Below are positions 40,956-50,224 of a DNA stretch of 64,000 bases, piece after piece (position 1 is the first letter of the stretch; the number at the start of each line of letters is the position of its first letter). The stretch is taken from positions 49,686 through 113,685 of the forward strand of contig JABDCA010000002.1 of assembly GCA_013288345.1 (NCBI GenBank). The letters run 5' to 3'. The position numbers and the translations under genes are program-made. The notes beneath the pieces were generated by a model, which did not search any database, was not told where the DNA came from, and saw only the letters and a program-made list of their open reading frames with translations. Source of the DNA: Bacteroidota bacterium (GTDB taxonomy: Bacteria; Bacteroidota; Bacteroidia; JABEUT01).

Positions 40956-41762
40956 CTATTTCCAGGCCTTAACAATCAACCCAGTGCCTTTGGCATGAGT
41001 ACCGTTGGTATCCATCTGGTTAAGGATGAGGGAGAAGGGGAATGTTATAAGATAATAGAAAGGAAGCAGAACGATAAGCGCTTTGCTTGCCGATAGCATC
41101 TTCATAGGGTATTTCATAGAGAGAACCCATGAAATATGACCGGGTACACCGTAGGAGTAACGTGCCTCTATTTTAGAAAAGCCTGCTGTTCTCAGTTTAT
41201 CCTGTATTTCGTTAATGTTGTAGCCATTACGTACGTGCTCGCCAATAAATGAACCGTCGGTTGAATCGTCGGCATCAGAACCACCCTGGTCCGATGGAGT
41301 AGAGATGAGCAGCATTCCGTTTTTACGGAGTGAAGCATGAATATTTTTAAATACTTCAACATCTTCTAAAATATGTTCCATAACATCTACCGACAGGGCA
41401 AAGTCGTAGCTCTCAGGCTTGCTGAATTTAGTAAGATCGGCTACTTCAAATTTTACATTGGTTACACCGCATTTGCTAAAAAAGTTGTTGCAATCTGCAA
41501 TCTGGTCGTCTTTTACATCTACACCAAAAATATTCCAGTTGCTGTGCTTGCGTGCCATATACCATGAGTATTGCCCAAAGCCCGAACCGGCATCTAATAT
41601 ATCGGCTTTAGCAGGAGCGGTTTTCTCCCACACACGGAGTTCTTTATGTATATGCCAGGTGCGCAATAACAGCAGGTCGAGCAGGCGGTAAAAGAGCTTA
41701 CGCAGGCCAGGTGACATGTTGAAAAATACACCTAGTTTATTTTTAATCGGGTCGTATTCCAT
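40956..41762 (-). CDS. Class I SAM-dependent methyltransferase
   Basis: Motif I ILDAGSGFGQYSW, followed by DVMEHI. Confidence 0.8.
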   Translation of the reverse strand: MEYDPIKNKLGVFFNMSPGLRKLFYRLLDLLLLRTWHIHKELRVWEKTAPAKADILDAGSGFGQYSWYMARKHSNWNIFGVDVKDDQIADCNNFFSKCGVTNVKFEVADLTKFSKPESYDFALSVDVMEHILEDVEVFKNIHASLRKNGMLLISTPSDQGGSDADDSTDGSFIGEHVRNGYNINEIQDKLRTAGFSKIEARYSYGVPGHISWVLSMKYPMKMLSASKALIVLLPFYYLITFPFSLILNQMDTNGTHAKGTGLIVKAWK

Positions 41763-41843
41763 TGGTATAGATCGTAAAAAGTATGCAAATATGCATTAAC
41801 TTATGGAAACGGTAATAAATGAATGTGAATTAGCTTTGAAAAC

Positions 41844-42179
41844 CTATTTTTTCAAAAGCTGGTCAATGTGCATAATAGCCTCATAGGAATCATCAATGTA
41901 AAAGCGCAGGTCAGGCACAATGCGCAACTGCTGCTTTACCCTTGACGACAGGTAATTACGTATTTCAGCCCTTTTATCCATAAGCATTTCAAGGGTTTCT
42001 TTAGGCTTCAGGTTAAGGAAGCTTATAAATACCTTCGCTATAGACAGGTCGGGGCTTATTTCAACACCTGTAACGGTAGCCAGTCCGCCAACAAACAAGT
42101 GCTTAGCTTCTTTTTGGAACATATCGCCCATTTCCTTTTGCACAAGGCGGGAAACTTTATTTTGCCTGAGTGTACTCAT
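41844..42179 (-). CDS. rbfA: Ribosome-binding factor A
   Basis: RQNKVSRLVQKEMGDMF...VTGVEISPDLSIAKVFIS matches RbfA. An imperfect hairpin overlaps the stop codon. Confidence 0.8.
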   Translation of the reverse strand: MSTLRQNKVSRLVQKEMGDMFQKEAKHLFVGGLATVTGVEISPDLSIAKVFISFLNLKPKETLEMLMDKRAEIRNYLSSRVKQQLRIVPDLRFYIDDSYEAIMHIDQLLKK

Positions 42180-42203
42180 AAGTTGCAAACCTACGTTAAA
42201 AAT

Positions 42204-42287
42204 GAATTCTAAATTCTAAATTTTGAATTTTAAATTGAGCGGGTTGATAGTTATTTGCTGAAAACTGACCACTGGACACTGACCACT
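42204..42287. repeat. Tandem heptamer block (gaattct/aaattct/aaatttt/gaatttt/aaattga) followed by ctgaccactggacactgaccact direct repeats in the rbfA/gltX divergent promoter region
   Basis: Read directly in the sequence. Confidence 0.55.
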
Positions 42288-42321
42288 AATTAATATATTT
42301 ACACCTTCAAAAACAAGAACT

Positions 42322-43860
42322 ATGTCAGACAGACCGGTAAGAGTAAGATTCGCACCCAGCCCAACAGGCCCTTTGCATATTGGCGGTGTAAGAACTGCTT
42401 TATATAATTACTTATTTGCCAAGAAACACAATGGCACTTTTATATTGCGGATAGAAGATACCGATCAAAATCGCTATGTACCGGGTGCTGAAGAATATAT
42501 TATTGAGGCTCTCAGGTGGTGCGGCATTCAAATAGAAGAAGGCGTTAGCGTAGGTGGTCCACATGCACCTTACCGCCAGTCGGAGCGTAAAGCCATGTAC
42601 CGCCAGTATGCCGAGAAACTGGTTGAATTGGGACATGCCTATTATGCCTTTGATACAACTGAAGAGTTAGATGCTATGCGTAAACGCCTCGAAGCTGCTA
42701 AGGTTGCTGCCCCGCAATACAATGCTGTTACGCGCAGCACCATGAAGAACTCACTTACCCTATCGGAAGATGAGGTGAAAAAGTTAATGGAGTCAGGAGC
42801 ACATTATGTAATACGCATGAAAATACCCCGTAACGAAGAGATACGTTTTCATGATGTGATAAGAGGATGGGTAGTGGTACATACCCAATCGCTCGATGAT
42901 AAAGTTTTGTTTAAATCGGACGGTATGCCGACCTACCACTTGGCCAATGTGGTAGATGATTACCTGATGAAAATTACCCACGTAATACGCGGCGAAGAAT
43001 GGCTGCCATCGGCTCCGTTGCATGTGTTATTATACCGTGCTATGGGTTGGGAAGCAGTTATGCCTGAATTTGCTCACTTACCTTTATTGTTGCGTCCCGA
43101 TGGCAATGGTAAATTAAGTAAGCGCGATGGCGACAGACTGGGTTTTCCGGTGTTTCCGCTCGATTGGAAAGACCCTGCTACAGGTGAGCAATCATCGGGT
43201 TACAGGGAACGTGGATATTTTCAGGATGCTGTAGTAAACTTGCTGGCATTTTTGGGCTGGAACCCCGGAACTACGCAAGAGCTTTTCTCTATGGAAGAAT
43301 TGATCACTGCGTTTTCGTTAGACAGGGTTAGCAAGCACGGAGCTAAGTTCGACCCGGATAAAGCCAAATGGTATAACCAACAATACCTGCGCAAAAAGAC
43401 GGATACTGAATTAGCTGCTTTGTTTCTTCCAACAGTAAAAGAGAAAGGCGTACATGTATCGCTCACAACTGAGAATTATGTTGAGCGCGTGTGTGCCCTG
43501 ATAAAAGAGAAAGCACACTTTGTAAGTGAGTTTTGGGATCTGGGCAGTTTTTTCTTCTTCGCGCCTGAAAAATATGATGAGAGTGTTATAGTAAAGAAAT
43601 GGAAAGACGGAGCGCCTGAATTTTTTGCGAAGGTTAAAGATGTATTTGCCAACACAACTGATTTTTCCGCACATAATGTAGAAGCTGTGTTTAAAAAGAC
43701 CGCCGAAGAAAGTGGTGTTGCACCGGGTTCAGTAATGCAGTTGTTCAGGGTAATAGTTACTGGACTCACTGTAGGGCCAATTTTATTTGATACAATAAGC
43801 GTATTAGGTAAGGATGAGGTTGTGAAGAGATTAGAAAAAGCATTGACGACTTTGAAATAA
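42322..43860 (+). CDS. gltX: Glutamate--tRNA ligase
   Basis: HIGG class-I motif (PSPTGPLHIGGVRTALYN), KMSKS-like region, 512 aa. Confidence 0.95.
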   Translation: MSDRPVRVRFAPSPTGPLHIGGVRTALYNYLFAKKHNGTFILRIEDTDQNRYVPGAEEYIIEALRWCGIQIEEGVSVGGPHAPYRQSERKAMYRQYAEKLVELGHAYYAFDTTEELDAMRKRLEAAKVAAPQYNAVTRSTMKNSLTLSEDEVKKLMESGAHYVIRMKIPRNEEIRFHDVIRGWVVVHTQSLDDKVLFKSDGMPTYHLANVVDDYLMKITHVIRGEEWLPSAPLHVLLYRAMGWEAVMPEFAHLPLLLRPDGNGKLSKRDGDRLGFPVFPLDWKDPATGEQSSGYRERGYFQDAVVNLLAFLGWNPGTTQELFSMEELITAFSLDRVSKHGAKFDPDKAKWYNQQYLRKKTDTELAALFLPTVKEKGVHVSLTTENYVERVCALIKEKAHFVSEFWDLGSFFFFAPEKYDESVIVKKWKDGAPEFFAKVKDVFANTTDFSAHNVEAVFKKTAEESGVAPGSVMQLFRVIVTGLTVGPILFDTISVLGKDEVVKRLEKALTTLK

Positions 43861-43871
43861 ACACCTTTCAC

Positions 43872-43897
43872 CACAGATTACACAGATGAGCACAGAT
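43872..43897. repeat. Left CACAGAT x3 array flanking the GxxExxY gene. The gene's ATG lies inside the array.
   Basis: ccacagattacacagatgagcacagatc, with about 10-nt periodicity. Confidence 0.7.
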
Positions 43898-44272
43898 CTT
43901 AAGGACTTAAACGATATATCTTATAAGATAATTGGTTGTGCTTTTAAAGTGCATAAGCAACTTGGCCCTGGTTTGTTAGAGTCTACTTATGAAGTTTGTC
44001 TTAATTATGAGTTGACTAATGCAGGAGTGAATGCTGAAAGGCAAAAAGAATTGCCATTAGTGTACAACGATATTAAATTAGAAGCAGGGTATCGAATTGA
44101 CTTACTGGTTGAAAAGAAGGTTATTGTTGAAATAAAGGCTGTTGAAGCAATTGCTCCAGTACACAAAGCACAAATTCTGACATATATGAAGTTGTCAGGA
44201 GCTAAACTTGGTTTATTAATTAACTTTAATACAACGGATTTGAAAGAAGGTATTCAACGATTTGTTTTATAA
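43886..44272 (+). CDS. GxxExxY-family protein (PD-(D/E)XK nuclease-like fold)
   Basis: GLLESTYEVCL (the GxxExxY motif) and a D...E.K pattern (RIDLLVEKKVIVEIKAVE). 128 aa. It is inserted between gltX and folB. Confidence 0.8.
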   Translation: MSTDLKDLNDISYKIIGCAFKVHKQLGPGLLESTYEVCLNYELTNAGVNAERQKELPLVYNDIKLEAGYRIDLLVEKKVIVEIKAVEAIAPVHKAQILTYMKLSGAKLGLLINFNTTDLKEGIQRFVL

Positions 44273-44297
44273 TCTGTGATTATCTGTGTAATCTGTG
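44272..44297. repeat. Right inverted ATCTGTG x3 array flanking the GxxExxY gene, beginning at its stop codon
   Basis: aatctgtgattatctgtgtaatctgtgg is the reverse complement of the left array. Confidence 0.7.
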
Positions 44298-44326
44298 GTG
44301 AATAATGACTGTGAAATCATAAAGTA

Positions 44327-44677
44327 ATGCAAACCATAAACATAAGAGGAATACACTTAAGGGCACACCACGGTTGCCTTGAAGAAGAAGCTAAGATTGG
44401 CGGAGACTATGTTGTTAACGTAATATTGAAAGGCGATTTTTCGGTTGCTGCTAAAAGCGATAAGCTGAGTGATGCAGCCGATTATGTAATGGTTTACGAT
44501 ATTGTAAAACGAGAAATGAAGATACGCTCACACCTTATTGAGCACGTTGCAGAACGTATAGCCAAACACTTAAAAGACACTTTTACCGGCGTTCAACATC
44601 TTTCAGTTGAGGTGATTAAGAAAAAACCACCTATGAACGGAAACGTGGATGAGGTGAGTGTGGTAATTGAGAAATAG
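44327..44677 (+). CDS. folB: Dihydroneopterin aldolase
   Basis: 116 aa with typical FolB N-terminus (IRGIHLRAHHGCLEEE...GGDYVVNV). Confidence 0.85.
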   Translation: MQTINIRGIHLRAHHGCLEEEAKIGGDYVVNVILKGDFSVAAKSDKLSDAADYVMVYDIVKREMKIRSHLIEHVAERIAKHLKDTFTGVQHLSVEVIKKKPPMNGNVDEVSVVIEK

Positions 44678-44806
44678 CCTAACCTTTCTTTGTTGATAAA
44701 ATAGGTTTCTGCATATAGTATGCAGTTGTCTTCATCGGTATTTTCGTGTTCTATGAAAATATGTAAATTGATTGGGGTTAATAAGCAATTCTGTAGGTCC
44801 TCCCTA

Positions 44807-47731
44807 ATGGGAGGATTTAGGTGGGCAGTTTTTGTTTTTTTTATTCAGTCTGCTTCAGCACAGAATAATGCACCATTTTACCAAAAGCAAAATGAGACTT
44901 GGGCTGATTCAGTAATGAAAAAACTTACTGTTGATGAGCGCATTGGCCAGTTATTTATGGTAGCAGCCTATTCAGATACTAACCATCCTAAAAATAGGGA
45001 CGAAGTAACTAAGCTTATACAAGATCAGGAAATTGGCGGACTTATATTTTTTAAAGGTGGTCCCGTTGCACAGGCGGAACTTACCAATAGCTACCAAGCT
45101 ATGTCTAAGGTTCCACTGTTGATTGGTATGGATGCCGAATGGGGGTTGGCTATGCGATTAGATAGTGTTCCCCGTTTTCCTTTTCAAATGACAATGGGTG
45201 CCATGCACAACGATTCGCTGGTTTACCAAATGGCAGCTGAATTGGCCCGAGAATGTAAGAGGTTAGGTGTGCATGAAGATTTTGCCCCGGTAATAGATAT
45301 AAACGATAATCCCGAGAACCCTGTAATTGGTATGCGTTCTTTCGGGGAAGATAAATTGCGTGTTACAGATATGGGTATGGCCTATATGCTGGGCCTTCAG
45401 GATAACCATGTGTTAGCATGTGGCAAACACTTCCCCGGCCATGGCGATACCAAAACCGATTCGCATTTATCTCTGCCTATTGTAGATTTTCCCGTTAGCA
45501 GATTAGATACCCTAGAGCTTTATCCTTTTATAAAGTTATTCAACAAAGGGCTTAGCAGCGTAATGGTTGCGCATTTATATATTCCTTCGCTCGATTCAAC
45601 CAAGAACAGGGCATCGACGCTTTCACCAAAAATAGTAGATAGTTTACTAAAGCATCAATTGGGCTTTTCCGGACTTATTTATACTGATGCATTAAATATG
45701 CAAGGTGTAGCCAAGTATTATGCGCCAGGACTTGTAGATGTAAAGGCATTATTGGCGGGTAATGATGTGTTACTCTTTTCGCAAGATGTACCTAAGGCAA
45801 TAGAGGAAATAAAAAAAGCAGTCAAGAAAAAAGAAATAACACAAGAGGAGATTGATAGTCGTTGCCGTAAAATATTAATGGCAAAAGCATGGGCAGGGCT
45901 CAATCATTATAAACCTATTGTGCTTACCAATTTGGTGAAAGACCTGAATACCAAACAAGCCGATTTAATTAACAGGGAATTCGCAAAGAAGACAATTACC
46001 TTGCTGGCAAACAATGGCCAGTTATTGCCATTAAAAAGATTAGATACACTCCGCATTGCATCACTTGATATTGGTGATACAGCAGTTAATGCATTTCAAA
46101 CCCGGATGAATGATTATGCGCAAGTTACTCATTTTGATGTGCCCTTTAATATTACTGATAGTACAATAGGTGTTATTTATCAAAAATTAAAAGCCTTCAA
46201 CCTTGTTATAGTAGGTGTGAATCATACCAAATTGCATCCACAAGATACTTTTGGTATTAGCCATGCTGCTATAAAAATGCTTGATACAGTAGTTAAGAAT
46301 TATCCGACTGTTCTCAATTTTTTCTCTGACCCTTATATACTTAACTATTTGCCTTCGGTAAGGAAAGCGAGGGCATTGATCATGTCGTATCAGGATACGC
46401 CATATACCCAAGATTATGCTGCCCAAATGATATTTGGCGGAATTGGTGCGAGTGGTAAATTACCAGTAACTGCATCTGTTTTTTACCAGCGTGGTTATGG
46501 TATGATCACCAAAGCAACCCGATTCGAATACACTGTTCCGGAAGATGCTGGAATAAATTCAGCTAAACTTGGTGCTATAGATTCGCTAGCTAATTACGGT
46601 ATGCAACAACATGCATATCCGGGCTGTGTGGTACTTGTCGCGAAAGATGGCAAGGTTATTTATCAAAAAACATTTGGTTACCAGAATTATAAAGACACCA
46701 ATCATGTAAAGAAGACTGATGTATATGACCTGGCTTCTATTACGAAGATTGCAGCCACTACGCCTGCCTTTATGAAAATATATTACCAAAATAAAATGCT
46801 GTTGGGCTCCACCTTGCCTGTGCTTATGCCTGCTGCTGCCAAAAGCAATAAAAAGAAAATGGTAATAGAAGATATACTTACCCATCAAGCAGGGTTACAA
46901 GCATCTATCTTCTTCTGGAAAGAAACCATGTCGGGTAAGAGCTTGAGGAGTGGAGTATATAGCTCCGATTCCTCAGCACAATATCCTTACCCTGTTGCGG
47001 CACACATGTTCATTCGTAAAGATTATAAGGATAGTATGATTGCCGAGATACTTAAATCTTCGGTAGATAAGAAGCCAGTATACAAATACAGCGATATTGG
47101 TTTTATTCTGCTTGCCAATATTATGAGCAATATTAGTGGAATGCCTTTCGATACATACGTTAATAATAACTTCTACAAACCATTAGGATTACAAACTATG
47201 TGGTACCATCCGCTGTATCATTTGCCTAAGTCACGCATTATCCCAACGGAATATGATAGTGTTTTCCGTAAGCAATTGCTTAGAGGGTATGTGCATGACC
47301 AATCTGCTGCCATGTTAGGTGGCGTTGCCGGTAATGCCGGTTTGTTTTCTGATGCCAATGACTTGGCAGTACTTATGCAGATGTATTTGAATTATGGTAA
47401 ATATGGTGGTGTAAGATATTTGGATAGTGCAACGGTCAAGCTATTTACATCATGTGTTTATTGTGATAAAGGTAACCGTCGTGGTCTGGGCTTTGATAAA
47501 CCTGAGACAGATACAACCAAAGAGAGCCCGGCCTGCGCTTCTGCTTCGGCGGAAAGTTATGGGCACTATGGGTTTACAGGTACTTACACTTGGGTTGACC
47601 CTAAATATCATTTAGTTTATGTATTTTTATCAAACAGAGTAGCATCGGGTTCCGATGATAATAAGCTTGCAAAGCTTAGCATCCGGACTAAAATTGCACA
47701 GGCTGTTTATGATGCGATAAATAAGCGTTAA
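44807..47731 (+). CDS. Fusion of a GH3 N-terminal domain (NagZ-like beta-N-acetylhexosaminidase) with a serine beta-lactamase-like (class C/AmpH-like) domain
   Basis: Signal peptide at the internal Met (MGGFRWAVFVFFIQSASAQ); GH3 motif KHFPGHGDT; second half has SITK (SxxK) and YSD motifs and an HYGFTGT (KTG-like) box. There is no stop between the two halves. Confidence 0.8.
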   Translation: MGGFRWAVFVFFIQSASAQNNAPFYQKQNETWADSVMKKLTVDERIGQLFMVAAYSDTNHPKNRDEVTKLIQDQEIGGLIFFKGGPVAQAELTNSYQAMSKVPLLIGMDAEWGLAMRLDSVPRFPFQMTMGAMHNDSLVYQMAAELARECKRLGVHEDFAPVIDINDNPENPVIGMRSFGEDKLRVTDMGMAYMLGLQDNHVLACGKHFPGHGDTKTDSHLSLPIVDFPVSRLDTLELYPFIKLFNKGLSSVMVAHLYIPSLDSTKNRASTLSPKIVDSLLKHQLGFSGLIYTDALNMQGVAKYYAPGLVDVKALLAGNDVLLFSQDVPKAIEEIKKAVKKKEITQEEIDSRCRKILMAKAWAGLNHYKPIVLTNLVKDLNTKQADLINREFAKKTITLLANNGQLLPLKRLDTLRIASLDIGDTAVNAFQTRMNDYAQVTHFDVPFNITDSTIGVIYQKLKAFNLVIVGVNHTKLHPQDTFGISHAAIKMLDTVVKNYPTVLNFFSDPYILNYLPSVRKARALIMSYQDTPYTQDYAAQMIFGGIGASGKLPVTASVFYQRGYGMITKATRFEYTVPEDAGINSAKLGAIDSLANYGMQQHAYPGCVVLVAKDGKVIYQKTFGYQNYKDTNHVKKTDVYDLASITKIAATTPAFMKIYYQNKMLLGSTLPVLMPAAAKSNKKKMVIEDILTHQAGLQASIFFWKETMSGKSLRSGVYSSDSSAQYPYPVAAHMFIRKDYKDSMIAEILKSSVDKKPVYKYSDIGFILLANIMSNISGMPFDTYVNNNFYKPLGLQTMWYHPLYHLPKSRIIPTEYDSVFRKQLLRGYVHDQSAAMLGGVAGNAGLFSDANDLAVLMQMYLNYGKYGGVRYLDSATVKLFTSCVYCDKGNRRGLGFDKPETDTTKESPACASASAESYGHYGFTGTYTWVDPKYHLVYVFLSNRVASGSDDNKLAKLSIRTKIAQAVYDAINKR

Positions 47732-47809
47732 TTGACAATTAAAAGTAATTACAGTTAATTAACGTCTAATAGCATAGGAATAACGACTATTGACTAACGA
47801 CTGTTAAAA

Positions 47810-48946
47810 ATGAATATCGGAATTGTTTGCTACCCTACATTTGGCGGTAGTGGTGTAGTAGCAACAGAATTAGGTAAAGCGCTTGCTTTGGAAGGGCACA
47901 ATGTGCATTTTATTACCTATAGCCAACCGGTAAGGCTTAGTGTGTTTTCCGGTAATATATTTTACCACGAGGTAACCGTTTCTGATTACCCTTTATTTGA
48001 TTACCCGCCCTACGAATTGGCCCTTGCCAATAAAATTGTAGAAGTTGCCAAGTATAGCAAACTCGATCTGTTACATGTGCATTATGCTATTCCGCATGCT
48101 TCGGCAGCCTATATGGCAAAGCAAATGTTAGCGGCCGAAGGTATTTCTCTGCCATTTATTACTACACTGCACGGAACTGATATTACGCTGGTAGGTAAAG
48201 ATGCATCATTTGAAACAGCCATTTCGTTTGCTATAAATGAATCAGATGCTGTAACTGCAGTATCAGAAAGTCTTAAGCAGGATACTTATTTTTATTTCAG
48301 GAGTGTTGCGAAGAAGGAGATACATGTCATTCCTAATTTTATACAGCTCGACCAATATGATTTTGAACAAGCAAAAAAGGACAGGCACCTGTACGCATCA
48401 GAAAAACAAAAAATACTTGTCCATGTATCAAACTTCCGTAAAGTAAAGAGGGTGGAGGATGTGTTGCGCATGTTTGATATTGTACGGAAGAAAATTCCAT
48501 CGCGCCTTATACTGGTTGGTGATGGTCCTGAACGTAGTAATATAGACAGGCTTTGCCGTGAGTTAGATACCTGTGCTGAAATTCTTTCACTCGGAAAGCT
48601 GGTTGACCCTAATGGTATACTAGCAGTTGCCGATCTGTTTATACTTCCATCGGAAACAGAAAGTTTTGGCTTGGCTGCACTTGAGGCTATGGCGGCCCGC
48701 GTACCGGTTATTTCAACTAATACTGGTGGTTTGCCTGAGATAAATAAGCAGGGCTTCTCTGGTATGCTGAGTAATGTAGGCGATGTGGAAGATATGGCTA
48801 AGAATGCCATACATATACTTGGCGATGAAAAAGTACTGGAGCAGTTTAAAGAGAATGCGCACAAACAGGCAGAAAAGTATGATATAAAGAACATACTGCC
48901 TATTTATGTGGCATTATATAAAAAAGTAATAGCTGCTGCCAAATAA
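47810..48946 (+). CDS. bshA: GT4 glycosyltransferase, BshA-like (N-acetyl-alpha-D-glucosaminyl L-malate synthase)
   Basis: The N-terminus MNIGIVCYPTFGGSGVVATELGKALALEGHNVHFIT closely matches BshA proteins. It has a GT-B fold with an E...E C-terminal motif. Confidence 0.65.
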   Translation: MNIGIVCYPTFGGSGVVATELGKALALEGHNVHFITYSQPVRLSVFSGNIFYHEVTVSDYPLFDYPPYELALANKIVEVAKYSKLDLLHVHYAIPHASAAYMAKQMLAAEGISLPFITTLHGTDITLVGKDASFETAISFAINESDAVTAVSESLKQDTYFYFRSVAKKEIHVIPNFIQLDQYDFEQAKKDRHLYASEKQKILVHVSNFRKVKRVEDVLRMFDIVRKKIPSRLILVGDGPERSNIDRLCRELDTCAEILSLGKLVDPNGILAVADLFILPSETESFGLAALEAMAARVPVISTNTGGLPEINKQGFSGMLSNVGDVEDMAKNAIHILGDEKVLEQFKENAHKQAEKYDIKNILPIYVALYKKVIAAAK

Positions 48947-48947
48947 C

Positions 48948-49589
48948 CTATTTCTTCCAGCCTTCAGGATTCTTCACCCATTCTTGCAAAGGCTTAAGAT
49001 CTTTTTCGGTAATGTAATTACTTTCTAAAGCCCTTTCTATTAAAGTGTTATAGTCACACAATGAGGTGACATTTACTTTGGCCTTTTTGAAGTTTTCCTC
49101 AGCAATGCCAAGGTTGTAATTGAATATAGATACAATACCTTTTACAAGGCATTTTTCCTTTTTTAGAGCTTCTGCAGCTTTAAGGCTGCTTCCACCTGTC
49201 GATATTAAGTCTTCGATAAGCACAACCGATTGGCCTGCTTCTATTTCACCTTCAATAAGCTTTTCGGTACCATGCGATTTTGCTTCACTGCGTACGTAAA
49301 CAAATGGTAATCCCATATCTTGTGCTACCAATGCACCATGTGCTATGCCACCGGTTGCAATGCCTGCTATTACATCAGGCTTACCATATTGCTCCTGAAT
49401 GGCACTGGTAAATTGCTGCCTTAAATAGGTGCGTATTTTAGGGTACGAGAGTGTTTTGCGGTTATCGCAGTATATAGGCGACTTAATGCCCGATGACCAA
49501 ACGAAAGGTTTATCGGGTTGTAGTTTTATTGCTTTGATTTGGAGTAAAAAATCCGCAATTTTGCGCGCTGAATCCTTATTCTGTATCAT
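48948..49589 (-). CDS. pyrE: Orotate phosphoribosyltransferase
   Basis: PRPP-binding motif VVLIEDLISTGGS; 213 aa. Confidence 0.9.
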   Translation of the reverse strand: MIQNKDSARKIADFLLQIKAIKLQPDKPFVWSSGIKSPIYCDNRKTLSYPKIRTYLRQQFTSAIQEQYGKPDVIAGIATGGIAHGALVAQDMGLPFVYVRSEAKSHGTEKLIEGEIEAGQSVVLIEDLISTGGSSLKAAEALKKEKCLVKGIVSIFNYNLGIAEENFKKAKVNVTSLCDYNTLIERALESNYITEKDLKPLQEWVKNPEGWKK

Positions 49590-50214
49590 GATGCAAATGT
49601 ATAAAGTTTATTATAATAACAGGTTAATATGTATTGGCTCTGATATTCAACCCCTTCTTGAGAAAAAGATAAGTAAGAAGCTTACCGGGGCCTTTAATGT
49701 AAGGGAAGAGTGGGAAAAGTTTAAGAATGACGAGACCTACAAGAGCCTTTGGATGCAGGGCCATGCCAAGGGGATATGGAACAAGTTTAAGTCGATGTTT
49801 GTAAGGGTAAAAGCCGCCGGGGGGCTTGTTCAGAATAGCAATGGAGAATATTTGTTGATATTTCGTAAAGGTAAGTGGGACTTGCCTAAAGGCAAGCTTG
49901 AAAAGAAAGAGACCCTCGAAATGGCAGCGATGCGAGAAGTGGAGGAGGAGTGTGGAATAGGGGAGTTGAGTATTGTGAACACTTTAAATACAAGCTACCA
50001 TATATATGAAGAAGAAGGCTGGTATATGCTAAAGCATAGCAATTGGTTTTCTATGACAACTACCTCTACTAAAATACCTGTTCCGCAAGAGAATGAGGGT
50101 ATTGAGAAAGCGGTTTGGGCAAAACCTTCCCAAATAAAAAATTACATGGAGAACATGTACCCTAATATTAAAGATCTGTTACAGGAATATATACCTGCTG
50201 AACAGCTGGCGTAG
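49588..50214 (+). CDS. NUDIX hydrolase
   Basis: Nudix box GKWDLPKGKLEKKETLEMAAMREVEEECGI. The start is taken at the Met that overlaps the pyrE start codon (CATGATG). Confidence 0.65.
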   Translation: MMQMYKVYYNNRLICIGSDIQPLLEKKISKKLTGAFNVREEWEKFKNDETYKSLWMQGHAKGIWNKFKSMFVRVKAAGGLVQNSNGEYLLIFRKGKWDLPKGKLEKKETLEMAAMREVEEECGIGELSIVNTLNTSYHIYEEEGWYMLKHSNWFSMTTTSTKIPVPQENEGIEKAVWAKPSQIKNYMENMYPNIKDLLQEYIPAEQLA

Positions 50215-50224
50215 GAAATTGCAA

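Noticed and set aside
41832-41860. Imperfect hairpin overlapping the rbfA stop codon, as a terminator
   Set aside because: The stem has a bulge and no U-run follows on the transcribed strand. The evidence is insufficient.
48292-48894. 200-aa minus-strand ORF rich in Ser/Cys
   Set aside because: It is fully antisense to the well-supported bshA-like gene, has low-complexity composition and no start context.
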